Assembly: GCA_965645245.1 (NCBI GenBank)
Contig: OZ287084.1
Span: forward strand, 1,116,001-1,180,000
Direction: 5' to 3'
Length of the DNA stretch: 64,000 bases
Source of the DNA: Massalongia carnosa
Taxonomy: Eukaryota
The notes beneath the pieces were generated by a model that did no database searches, was not told the DNA's origin, and saw only the letters and a program-made list of their open reading frames with translations. A program made the position numbers and the translations under genes. This document shows positions 47,701 to 60,000 of this stretch, piece after piece; position 1 is the stretch's first letter, and each line of letters opens with the position of its first letter.

Positions 47701-48888
47701 TCGAAGCAACAATAAATCGATATCGCCGATTTGAGCTTTCGGTGTAATAATTAATCGTCTTGATTTAATCGCGTTGAAATCGTCCGTATTATCGAATTTG
47801 TTCGAATTAGAATTAGTATTCGATTTTTTCGATCGAGAAACGGTGGTCCAATTTTCGGAATTAGAGGTTGCTCTTCCGAGCATTTTACTCCATATTTTAG
47901 TTGACTCGTTGACCTGCGGCCCCGGGACCTCGTCGGTTCACCTCCGAATGGCTTGTTTGACGTTTTTAGTCAAATTCGAATTTCCATTCGAATTTGCTTG
48001 CGTAGGTCGCACCGATTGTTCCGTTGTTTCTGGAATCTTGCTAGTTTGTTCTAGCACCCTATTCAATTTCCAATCAATCATTTCCAGCGTTGCTTTAGGC
48101 TTGATTGTTTTCTTTATCAGTAGAGAGTTTATGTTATCAATGACAATAGCCGTTTCGGGATTTTGATCTAATAAGAATGACTCCAATAGTGCGTTTATTT
48201 AACCCTTTACCAGACACTACAATAGTTGAAAATAATGAAACTTTTTTTTTTTGATAAAAATAGATCTAAGGCAAGGTAAGATAATAAGAGACTTCCTATT
48301 CTGATTAATCTGAAACAGGACCTTTGGTATAATCCTATTCCAGACGTTTTTCCCCTTCTTTTCAGTGATCTGTTGACCGGCCGTTCAATAGAGATCGATA
48401 AAGCCTAAAATAGTATATGCAGAAATTATACGTGAAATATACTGTGAAAATTTGTCCTAGCGGAAGTTCCCGTAACCTTAAATGAGAAATGAACTTCAAA
48501 AAAGTTTGTCGTCGCGACAGTTGTTGTACAGTACCGCGACAGTAGATATTTTTTGTAGATAATTCTTGTAGTAATAATTGAGGAGAATGCGACAACAGAA
48601 CAGAAGAAAGTGAGAAAAAATAGCGATTTTTGGTGATGTTGTTGGTATTTGTTGTTTTTTATAACTTCTTGAGCGCGCTTTATCACGTCGGTCGCGTGCG
48701 ACCAGCAGAAAATCTCTGCTGGAGCTTTGCCTGAGCTCTCCTACACTCAATGTGAGTCCGTTTTTGTTCTGGAGGAGCTCAAATGACTGAGAAATAGAGG
48801 CTAAATTGACTGTAAAAGTTATAGATAATCAAAAGTTGCGGTACTTGTGTTTCGATCTGCGGTGAGGTGACTCTTATAGGTTTCTTTC

Positions 48889-49193
48889 CTAGAAAATGGA
48901 TGCTAGGTTAGCTCGATGACGAAAATATCGAAACGGGAGGTTGGGGAGAGATCGAACAGTAAAATTAGAAATGATTTATGCTGGAATATTCACGAGCTTT
49001 ACAAAAACAAATTGTAAAATCGATATTTCGATTACTAAAGGTTGTTACTAACACGGACTAAAAACGGGGCAATATTGACGATAGATAGTTGGGTTATAAA
49101 GGGTTGATTTATTTGTAAAATAAAAACATATCTTAAAATAGTTTAGTGTCATAACCTTAGGTTGAATACACTTAATGAATTAATAAAAAAAAA
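48889..49193 (+). mobile_element. LINE A 3' end (3' terminus of copy A3)
   Basis: Matches A1 ~7209-7514; followed by TSD AGCTGATTAAT at 49194-49204. Confidence 0.88.
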
Positions 49194-51899
49194 AGCTGAT
49201 TAATTGACACAAAGTCAAAAGCGCCTTTGATGTCGAGTAATAAACATGATAAAATGTTCTTTTTTCGATTTGCTATTTCGATATCATGGACGACGGTCAT
49301 GACTGCGTCAATTGCAGAATGATTTGTGCGTCCGCCCATCTGTTCGATATCTAATAAATTCGAATTTTCGCCGATATAGGCAAGGCGATTTGCAACGATT
49401 TTCTCAGCAATTTTACCAAGACAATTTAGTAATGTGATAATTCGATATGATTTTGGCAGCGAATAATCTGATTTATTAGGTTTTTTCAAAACTGCACCGG
49501 TTCCTGTTCGCCAGCATAACGGATGAAAACCGGTTTGTATGAATTTTGAATAAATCATAAAAAACACGTTTTTCAACGATTGAAACGATTTTTGAACAAT
49601 TGTGAAACTGACTGCATCAGTTCCACATGCTTTTTTCGGATTAAACAAACTAATCGCTTTTTGCAACTCGTTTTCTGTCAAATCCGGCCAAATATCTTCA
49701 TCTTAATTGTCTTGATTCGATAAATCTTCGACATTATCGTCTACAAATTTGTTTTTTGTCTACATTGCTGCCACAAATGCAACGCATTTGTCATCGAATT
49801 GAACATTTAACTTGTTTTCGTATTGAATCGGTGGTATTTTTTCGAATATGCGCGGTTTAGTGTACTTATACGCGGTAAATACGTCTTTATTCGCTGCATT
49901 TTATAGAAAAGTCAACCAAGTTTCTTGTTTTGCTTTTCGAATTGCATGAAAATATTCGATTCGACTGTGTTTAAACGTTCTATAGCTAAAATCGGACGGA
50001 TAATTCTTCTATTCTCGACGATGTCTAGCCATAATTTTTCTAAGTTCAGTTAAATCTTGCGACCACCAATTTTTATATTTTGCACATATTTTTGTCTTCG
50101 GAATAAACAATTCAGCTGCTTCTTTAATAATATCTTGCAAATAAATCGCTGATTCGTCGAATTGATGATTATTCAATAAACTTTGAACTTGTGTTTCGTA
50201 GCTTATTGAATTTTCATCTAAAAACTTTGTGAACTTGTCCCAATCTGCTTTATTGCAATTGTTTTTGTTAGATAATGCGGTTGCATGTGTTGTCAAATTC
50301 TTAAAAGATGCGATTAGTTCAAATCGAATGACTTCATGATCTGAACCTGTGACTGCGTTTTCATCGATTGACCAATTTGTTATTGCATTTTCGATTTTAG
50401 TATTTGCAAAGGTTAAATCAATGACAGATGAAGAACTTCCAGAATGGGCATAAAATGTGCATAAATCAGGCTTATTAATCAAACTACACTTGTTTAATTT
50501 TAACAATTTGACTAGATTTTCAGATCGAATTGCATGCTGAATTTTCGAATTCCACCAGTTATGATGTACATTGTAATCTCCACATATTACGAATTGATCA
50601 GTGAATATAGGTTGATATTTGACTCAAATTCGGTCGATTCTATATGTTTCTCGATCGTTTTGACTTTTTTCATTGTAAATGTTGATAATATGCACTTTTC
50701 GAACTTCATCAATTGTAATCTGGATAATTTGCATATCGGTATCGTCAATAAGATCCGTTCTAGGCGTGCATTGTAATTTCGAATTGCATTTTGTTACAAA
50801 TATAGCTACTCTCGAGCGATAAGCTTCTATTTTCGGCATAATGCATGTAAATGACGGATGGGAAATAGTTTTTTGATCGCGTGTCCAAGATTCCTGAAAT
50901 AAAACAATATCAATTTGATTTAATACTGCATATTCTAGACGCGAAATCATTGCATTCGTTGACTTTGCACAATTGTGTTGAATAAAATTGACATTTTTTG
51001 TATTTTCGATATTTGTCAACGAATGCTGTCCTGCCATTACAAAACGGATAATTCGTCAGTCGATTTTCGAACGTTTACCAATGCAATCATTTCACATCTT
51101 TCATCATTTGACAGATGATTTTGATTGCAATTGACGCATTTGTCTACGACATGTGCACAGGCGATCTTCGATTTGCAAGTTGTGCATTCATGACTGTGAG
51201 TTTCATGATTTTGGGCACATATATTGCATTTCGCTTGATTTTTGCATTGATAATGCTTGTGTCCAAATTTTTGGCAATTGATGCATTGCGTATTCGGACG
51301 AACGGAGGTAAATATTTCCGTATCACAGTGTCTTCCCACGATACTTACACCTTTCAACGCGGTCAAAGCTATATTTCGATCATTGAACGTCAAAACAACA
51401 GACGATTTGATCTTGTTTTGACGATCACGTGCTAGCCATCTTGGAATATCGCATAACTGCATGTTCGAATTGAACTTTTGAATTTCATCCTGTAAATATT
51501 GCATGTTTTTATCAAACGTTGCAATATTTATGCCATGTGCGATTACTTTAAACCACAATTCATTCTTTCGAACTATTCGTGGGTCAAATAAATGCTCCCA
51601 TATTGATTTATTGTTCAATAAATCTTCTGCAGTGTTTTCAGGGCTAGTAGTCAGAACGATATTTTGAACCGTTTTGGACTTTTCAACCGTGTTGACAATG
51701 ATAGTCAATTTCGCGTCTTTAAAAAGCGAATTGATTTGGTTTCGAAGCAACAGTGAATCGATATCGCCGATTTGAGCTTTCGGTATAATTATTAATCGTC
51801 TTGATTTAATCGCGTTGAAATCTTCCGTATTATCGAATTTGTTCGAGTTAGAATTGTTATTCGATTTTATAGTTCGAGAAACGGTGGTCCATTTTTCGG
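49194..51899 (-). mobile_element. LINE E' right half: truncated ORF1 (to 51037) plus degenerate ORF2 5' part
   Basis: ORFs 51037-51899, 50624-51037, 50009-50506 and 49172-49681. Confidence 0.9.
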
Positions 51900-52546
51900 T
51901 TCCCTCCCAAGCTATGAAACCGTCGATGGTGAACGCTGGTAATATACTCCATCTCTTAGAACGTTTGAGCGCTTGAATAATGGTCGGTTTGATTCCTGGT
52001 GCGGCCCATCCATATCGACGATCACCTAAAGTAATAACAATTAGCAAAGAAACTGAAGTTCTTCAAATAGTACTGACCAGTACGCTCGCATGCAGCGCTT
52101 TCGTCCAGAAAAATCAACTGATCAGCCCTCTATCCTCCTAGTCTAATCATCCACTCATCACGCAAAGATTGGTTGCGTTGTTGTGCTATACGAATGGCCA
52201 TCTTTCGATTCCAGGCCCTCTGCTTCAGAGTTCGAGAAACCGTAGACTCGCTCACCAAGACGTCGAATTCATCATACAAAAACCAGCACATCTCATCCAA
52301 ACACGAGGTAGGTCTCTGATCCAGATACACGAGTAGTTGATCGATTTGTTGTTGATTCAGTTTCTTGCGCCGGCCAGCAGCAAGCTGAGGTTTTGCAACC
52401 TCATTGAACCGTTCCCAATTACGTCTCATCTTATATAGTTGTCTGATGCTGACACCAGTAGCAGTTATGATCTTGTTATTATCTTCACCCGATTCCAGTC
52501 TGAACTTTATAGCCTGGCGTTTGATGATGCTGAATGATCGTCCCAT
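51900..52546 (-). pseudogene. Tc1/mariner (IS630-like) transposase, truncated, with a 52-nt intron (52026-52077) and a stop at 52130
   Basis: HTH region (LDEMCWFLYDEFDVLVSESTVSRTL); LIFLDESA...ERTG|DRRYGWA...RWSILPA after splicing. Confidence 0.85.
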
Positions 52547-52936
52547 GTTTGCTTGAAACTACGAGGTAGCAAGAATAAAGATCTACATGAAAACAATACA
52601 TATCAATTATCCTACAGACTGCAAAAGGCGGTGTGAAGGGGAGGAGTGCCATTAGCTACTGCACCAAATTCTGGAGTGTGGTCCAATTCTGTCGCTTATT
52701 TTTTTTTTTTACCGCGCAGTTTCGGGGTTCAAAGTTCGGCACACTATTTTGCAAACGGGTGTATTTTCGCCTTGCAAGTTGGTGTTGATAATATGCCTTT
52801 GATTTCACTAAAAGAAGTGAAATATGAAAAACTTACTCTCATCGACAACTGTCGACCCATAGTGTAGAACGGAGATAATAACAACTCGTCTATCTTGACT
52901 ACTATTTGTCATAGTCGTTACACTCATGATAAGTCG

Positions 52937-53187
52937 TGTCACGATTCTACACGGCACGACCTCGGCACTCGGCACCGCCTAGGGCAATCGTAGATGGAAC
53001 ACACAGGCGCTTTCGATTTCGTTCCCGCAGCTGCTAGAAGGTTCCATGACGGCTATACCACATGGGTACTAGCGCAGTAGAGGATATATAGGGGCAGGTT
53101 CTGGTTGTCGATTGTCTTTTTCCTTCTTCATCTTTATTGTATTCGTTTATAGTGTCCCTATGACTTGACTCTAGGTAGATCATAACA
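52937..53187 (+). mobile_element. Solo LTR of element X (251 bp)
   Basis: Near-identical to 16255-16505; TG..CA termini; TSD AGTCG at 52932-52936 and 53188-53192. Confidence 0.95.
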
Positions 53188-53749
53188 AGTCGAATAAATC
53201 TGTTTCTATACAAGTCAGCGCTCTAATTGTTACTTACAGTATTCACGAGTCCAGAAATAGCAAGGTCGAAATTGTTTAACGAAATGGTTCTCAATCATTT
53301 ATCTCATTTCTCAAATTTTTGTCTGTTGGCTATCGACGGGCTGCATCTGATATCGGAATAGCGTGATTTCGACCTGAATACTTCAATCTTGGGGTGCTTC
53401 GTACCTGATTGCCAGATGGAATACCCTTTTTGAGGGTTTCTGCAACGTTGAATGAAGAAACCTCTAACTGCGTCAGATGTCAATGTGGGTTTCATGATGA
53501 AACTCGACTTATCAAAAAATCTCTTGATCGACCATAGATTTACACTTAAGTCAGTTCTTTATTGAAATCACGAGCTGGAATGCTTGATCTTCAACAGTTG
53601 TGCTTTCGTCTTTCATAACCGACTTTAACGGATGATACTTAGTTCGAAGGCGATTCAGTCTTTAAACATAGGCATGGATGTATCCTGAGGAAAATTGAAG
53701 TCGCTGAATTTCATATTGTAAAAGGCATAGCTTGCCGACTCGACATGAT

Positions 53750-54188
53750 TACGCCGCGCAACGGGTCAGGTTGCGTCGGGTTTTGACTAGTCGAACCCGA
53801 CCCGCTACCGAGTTGGGGAACCTGTAGGGCTCAGCCCGCTGGGTTGGGGAACCGTTCCCGGGTTAACCCGTTTGACCCATTCGACCTGGTCGATTTTTTA
53901 TGTCATTTTTAAACATGTTTTTTAGACGTTTTAAACACATTTGAAAATGCTGAAAATTCTGAAAATTAGTCATCAAGAAATGATAATTAGTAAGCATAAT
54001 TTTTATCAGTTTAAACGTTATATTTTCGTCTAATTTTCATATTTTATTTGCAGAGAAAAACTGACCGGGTTGAACGGTTTAACCCGGAAACCCGTACAAA
54101 TAACCCGAACCCGTCGGGTCGGAGTCCAACCCGACCCGAAAACCCGACCCAAACCCGACGGGTTTAACCCAACCCGTTGTGCGGCGTA
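53750..54188. mobile_element. hAT-type MITE (439 bp)
   Basis: 17-bp TIR TACGCCGC(G/A)CAACGGGT; 8-bp TSD GACATGAT at 53742-53749 and 54189-54196; subterminal ACCCG/CGGGT repeats; AT-rich core. Confidence 0.92.
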
Positions 54189-54828
54189 GACATGATGAAT
54201 TTAAAGCTTCGTCCACATTTTATCAGTTTTAAGTAAGCCGCTTGGAAAAGTAGTCGATGCTTACCTATGCGTCTATATCATCTGGTTTCAAGCTTAGTGC
54301 GAGTCCTATGGCGGACAAAGGATAATTCTCAGGTTGCCACATATTCTGTCTCAAGACCGTTACCCCAAGGCCCTGTCCTTCAAATATCAAAGCGGTCGTA
54401 ATTTATCGAAACTCTCTTACTTCACCGATTCTCTCGCCTCTTCGGTCTTCCACAAAAACAAAATTATCATAGGTTACAACAGTAGTTGAAGCCCGCCCTA
54501 TCGTCCTTATTTTTCGCCTCGCTTCGTCTTTTTTATTTATTCATTAAGTGTATTTGTTGAATATCCAATTCCTACCAGCACAATGAACACCTATCAGTAC
54601 GATGAACATAGCACCTACGGCTGCCCTAGATGGACAGATCATCTACGGAAACCGTAGATGCCGCATTAGGCTTAGTCCCAAGATAAGATAAGATCACCTC
54701 GCTTAGAAGGGGGTGACCAGTAATAGGAAAAGATTGCTGCCTAGCAACTCTTCATCCTTAACATCACGGTCATACATACCTTTATTATTACATAGCCATA
54801 TAGCCATAGTCATATACCTATTTCAACA

Positions 54829-54840
54829 GGTTATGAGCCC
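54829..54840 (+). promoter_or_regulatory. Copia primer-binding site GGTTATGAGCCC
   Basis: Immediately 3' of the LTR; complementary to the initiator tRNA-Met anticodon stem-loop GGGCUCAUAACC. Confidence 0.85.
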
Positions 54841-55079
54841 GGAAGGGTGCTATCGATTTAAACGAATCGAAACTTTTAATCCGCAGCTTCGCAGTGCAAT
54901 CAGCTAAGCATCGTTCCTATTCAATGAATCGTAGACACATGACTAAAATCTTTCTGTGTCTTTAGAAACGATCCCTTAAATCACATCAATCAGTTCTCTC
55001 TTCTGTACACAGCGATTTCTTGTCAGAAGCACAAAAACTGCGTGTTAGAAAGAGCATGAACACATTGATCGTACTACAC

Positions 55080-56601
55080 CGAAGCCCTCGGACACCAAAG
55101 AGCTTGCTAAGCTCGATGGTCGAGGGCACTCAAGTCCTCGGACACCAAAGAGCTTGCTAAGCTCGCTGGTCGAAGGCACTCAAGTCCTCGGACACCAAAA
55201 GAGCTTGCTATGCTCGATGGTCGAAGGCACTCAAGTCCTCGGACACCAAAAGAGCTTGCTATGCTCGATGGTCGAAGGCACTCAAGTCCTCGGACACCAA
55301 AAGAGCTTGCTATGCTCGCTGGTCGAAGGCACTCAAGTCCTCGGACACCAAAAGAGCTTGCTATGCTCGATGGTCGAAGGCACTCAAGTCCTCGGACACC
55401 AAAAGAGCTTGCTATGCTCGATGGTCGAAGGCACTCAAGTCCTCGGACACCAAAAGAGCTTGCTATGCTCGATGGTCGAAGGCACCCAAGTCCTCGGACA
55501 CCAGAAGAGCTTGCTAAGCTCGATGGTCGAAGGCACTCAAGTCCTCGGACACCAAAGAGCTTGCTAAGCTCGCTGGTCGAAGGCACTCAAGTCCTCGGAC
55601 ACTAAAAGAGCTTGCTATGCTCGATGGTCGAAGGCACTCAAGTCCTCGGACACCAAAAGAGCTTGCTATGCTCGATGGTCGAAGGCACTCAAGTCCTCGG
55701 ACACCAAAAGAGCTTGCTAAGCTCGATGGTCGAAGGCACCCAAGTCCTCGGACACCAGAAGAGCTTGCTACGCTCGATGGTCGAAGGCACCCAAGTCCTC
55801 GGACACCAGAAGAGCTTGCTAAGCTCGATGGTCGAAGGCACTCAAGTCCTCGGACACCAAAGAGCTTGCTAAGCTCGCTGGTCGAAGGCACTCAAGTCCT
55901 CGGACACCAAAAGAGCTTGCTATGCTCGATGGTCGAAGGCACTCAAGTCCTCGGACACCAAAAGAGCTTGCTATGCTCGATGGTCGAAGGCACCCAAGTC
56001 CTCGGACACCAGAAGAGCTTGCTACGCTCGATGGTCGAAGGCACTCAAGTCCTCGGACACCAGAAGAGCTTGCTACGCTCGATGGTCGAAGGCACTCAAG
56101 TCCTCGGACACCAGAAGAGCTTGCTACGCTCGATGGTCGAAGGCACTCAAGTCCTCGGACACCAGAAGAGCTTGCTACGCTCGATGGTCGAAGGCACTCA
56201 AGTCCTCGGACACCAGAAGAGCTTGCTACGCTCGATGGTCGAAGGCACTCAAGTCCTCGGACACCAGAAGAGCTTGCTACGCTCGATGGTCGAAGGCACT
56301 CAAGTCCTCGGACACCAGAAGAGCTTGCTACGCTCGATGGTCGAAGGCACTCAAGTCCTCGGACACCAGAAGAGCTTGCTACGCTCGATGGTCGAAGGCA
56401 CTCAAGTCCTCGGACACCAGAAGAGCTTGCTACGCTCGATGGTCGAAGGCACTCAAGTCCTCGGACACCAAAGAGCCCGCTAAGCTCGATGGTCGTAGGC
56501 ACCGAAGTCCTCGGACACCAAAGAGCTTGCTAAGCTCGATGGTCGAAGGCACCGAAGTCCTCGGACACCAAAAGAGCTCGCTAAGCTCGATGGTCGAAGG
56601 C
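55080..56601 (+). repeat. 51-bp (some 50-bp) tandem array, ~30 copies, in the Copia 5' leader
   Basis: Unit GTCCTCGGACACCA(A/G)AAGAGCTTGCTA(T/A/C)GCTCGATGGTCGAAGGCACTCAA; degenerate copy at ~56703-56750. Confidence 0.96.
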
Positions 56602-57093
56602 AAAAAAAGTATATTGCTGGCCCTGAGCGCCCCATTGGTTCAAAAATCATCAAAGCGTCAGTTCACCCGTGGTTGAGTTCTGGACACGCAAAAAATACAA
56701 AATCCCTCGGACATCAATGAGCTTAGTAAACTCATTGATCGAAGGCACAAAGACCTTTCTTTTTGGCAATTATGCCTCCTTAAGGCACTAGATGAGATTG
56801 TGCGGCAGTTGCCTCTTATTATTTAACCGGCCTAAGGCCGGTTAAATCAAATTGGAATAACCCTGCGCTCAATTTGCTTTTGGTCAATTGGACCCTTGAA
56901 AAAGCCGGAGTTGAAATTCTCATCATGGCAAACAAGCATGTTAAGCAAACAGGTTTCTCTGTTGAGACATCAGAGTGGACACTGGCTAAGGAGGGACTGT
57001 TTTTTCCTTGTCTATAAGAAAGGTCACAGATCCACATTCTTTCAGTCACTACTAAGTTTCTCGCCTTGTTCAATTGCTCCCCATTCTCCCATT

Positions 57094-60000
57094 ATGTCTA
57101 TCATAGATACGTCACATCTTTTGGAGAAAGCCGAAAGATATTCGGCATGGGCAAGCTATACGAAGGGCATTCTGCTCAAGAACAACTGCGAAGGAGCCAT
57201 TCTGGAGAATCAATCAGAAATCACCGCTGAAACCATCAAGGAAGGTTTAATACAAGCAGGCTTCGACGCCAAAGGTCTTTCAGTCAGCATCTTGGTAAAA
57301 GAACTGCGTGACTAGAAGAATAGACAGAAGGCCGAGATGACCAAGGCTATAGGAATCATTCACGGATTAGTTGCGGAGTGCCATTACAGCCTCATCGACA
57401 ACAAGAATGTGGCAGAAATGTGGAAAATCCTGAAGGATAGATTCCAAGATATAGCACCAATGAGCATCAGCGACATCATTCTGAAGGTTAGTTCCAAGAA
57501 GATGACCGACTTCGAGACGACCAGTCTATACTGTGCATATTACGAGAGCGCTTTAAACAAGATTAAAGGAATGCTGGACGACAAGGCCAAAGTGGATGTG
57601 CATACCGTGGAGTTTATGCTTAAGGGAATGATGCTGGGTAACACCAGACGTCTATTCCCCATTGATAGCCCAACTTCGACGAGATTGAACATACGAAACC
57701 ACAAACCTGTCGGAAGCAATGAAGACCATTACTGCTTATTATGTCAACATGAAAATCACCAAGGCACTTCATATCAGCACACCTGACTCAAGAGGTCGAG
57801 CCCCATCAGGGAACTGCACCTTCTCTTAATGTGTCAAGAGAAAGAACACTCGTCATTGGCTAGATACCTGTTTGCAGAAGTTTCCACAGTTAAAAAGACA
57901 TAGAAGTTCGCTCGAATCCGGAAGAGCAAAGGAACAAAAGACTACCTCGTTAGAAACGAAGGCGGACTTATCTCATACATCAACCAACATTTCAACGACC
58001 ATTGACACTCCAGATTTGAGGATGCATTTGAGCAAAGTAGACGAGGATACCTATCAAGGACTAGACGTCATTATCTGTCAAATCAAAACTCACTACATAG
58101 CATGGAAGGCTTGGTCATCTCAACATAGCAACGTGTCGAAAATATCTGAAAACGCTAGACATAACGTACGATGACGATATCAACCACGGTTGGTTTTGCC
58201 ATGCATGCGAAATGGGAAAAGCCAAAAAGATATACAACCGAACACGGCAAGAGAAGGTCACAGAGCTCTTTCAAAAGATAAACTCTGACCTAGTGGGACT
58301 AATCAAGCCATCAGGACTTCTTGAAGAACTTTACCTCTTCACTTTCACCTGTGATGCTAGCAGATACACTCATGTCTATACCGGACACAAGAAGAGTGAA
58401 TGGTTTGATCACTTGTTGACATACTACAGCATGGCTCAAAACAAATCCGGAAAGGCTAAACTCATAAGCAGTTTTCGCACTGACTTCGGCGCGGAGCTTC
58501 GCAGTCACAAGTCAGACGGTTGGTCCTTGGAACAAGGCATAACGTTTGAAACAGCTGCTCCATACTCTCAAGATGAAAACGGAGTCGCGGAACGAATGGG
58601 CAGAACCATCATGGACATGACAAGATGCAGTGTCATTGCCGGAGACATTCCAGACTACTTGTGGGCAGAAGTGGTTCTAGCCATGGTTCACACCAAGAAC
58701 GTCAGACCAACCAACGCCTTAGCAGGTAAAACCCCGTATGAGATCTTCGAGAAGAAGTCACCTAAGCTGGATCACCTGAGAATTCTCGGATCTACAGTCT
58801 ATGCATTAATTCACGAAGAAGAGCGAAAAGGAATAAACAGCAAGGCTGCTAAATTTTCTCCGAGGGCTCAGAAAGGAATCCTGTGTGGATATGACAGAAG
58901 CACCATCTATCGCGTCTTTATGGAAAAAGACTACAAGGTCATCAGGGTCAAGAACTTACGAATTCATGAAGACGCCACATTCAAAGATGGGACCGATCTA
59001 CCCACGTACGACTCAACATATCATCAAGCAATGAACTCCAAATACGCAAACGAATGGAGTCAGTCTGGGTAATGGATGAGATCAAAAGTCTGCTGGAGAA
59101 TAAAACCTGGGATACATTACCTACCGAGTCCATGGAACCCGAACATATAGTCTTAAGTGGCAAATGAGTATTCAAGCTGAAACGGGACGTAAATGAAAAG
59201 ATCGTTCGCTTTAAAGCCAGATGGGTTGTCAAGGATATCTCCAACAATACTGAGTAGATTTCGATCAAACCTTTGCATCTATGGCCAAACAATGGCTTTT
59301 CGCTTGCTATTCGCGTTAGCTGCTCATCACTATCTGCACATCGAGCGACTGGATATAGTGACAGCTTTTCTGAACGGTCTCATTATCAACTCATCTATGT
59401 CCACATGCCGAAAGGATATGACACAGCTGGCATGGTGTGTAGGTTGAACAAAGCCCTGTACGGTTTGAACAGTCTCCGCGTCCCTGGTATGAACGACTGT
59501 CAGCTTTTCTATTGAGAAAATTAGGATTGGAGAAACTCCACGCAGATCATAACATTTTCATCACACCTCAAGGGATAAAAGGACACATTGTTACCTCTTT
59601 CGTTGACGATTTGAACATCATAGGCCCAAAGGGTTCCCCGATGATCACCGAAGTCAAGAAACAGCTCAAGCTAGCTTTCAAGATGGTAGACATGGGACCA
59701 ATCAGCTACTATCTAGGCCTTAAAGTCGAACGAGATCGAGTCAACAAAACCATAAAGCACTCCCATGCGAGAAGGCTGTCTCTTCATCAATGAATTTCAG
59801 GACTCCGACAAGGACATAAAGCAATATCAAACCATGGTCGGATCCATCACGTTCGAATGATAGAAACCAGGCCAGACATAGCTTTCGCAACGTCCGTAAT
59901 CAGTCGAAATGCAAAGAATCCAGGCAAAACACATGAAAGCGGCCAAACACATTCTCAGATACCTTAGCGGTACCAAGAATAGAGATATCACCTTCGACAA

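Larger units (their letters stand above)
36622..48888 (-). mobile_element. Near full-length LINE B (5' UTR 48196-48888, ORF1 remnant to 46996, ORF2 from 46996 to ~36622), split by Gypsy-3, 3' end missing
   Basis: ORF pieces 46996-47883, 46166-46996, 45338-46135, 36866-38728 and 36599-36811; ORF1 start deleted at ~48196; stops at 46166 and 36866. Confidence 0.92.

Noticed and set aside
7283..49193. Telomeric HeT-A/TART-like head-to-tail array (all tails up to 49 kb face the same way)
   Set aside because: TSDs show internal nested insertions, many copies are in the opposite orientation, and there are no telomeric repeat tracts.
52650..52710. Tc1 terminal inverted repeat and poly(T) tail
   Set aside because: The partner end is absent from the window, so the boundary cannot be verified.
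55080..56601. CRISPR array, or repeat-protein ORFs (55107-56533)
   Set aside because: Units are head-to-tail with no unique spacers, there are no cas genes, and the context is eukaryotic. The ORFs arise because the 51-bp unit lacks stops in several frames.
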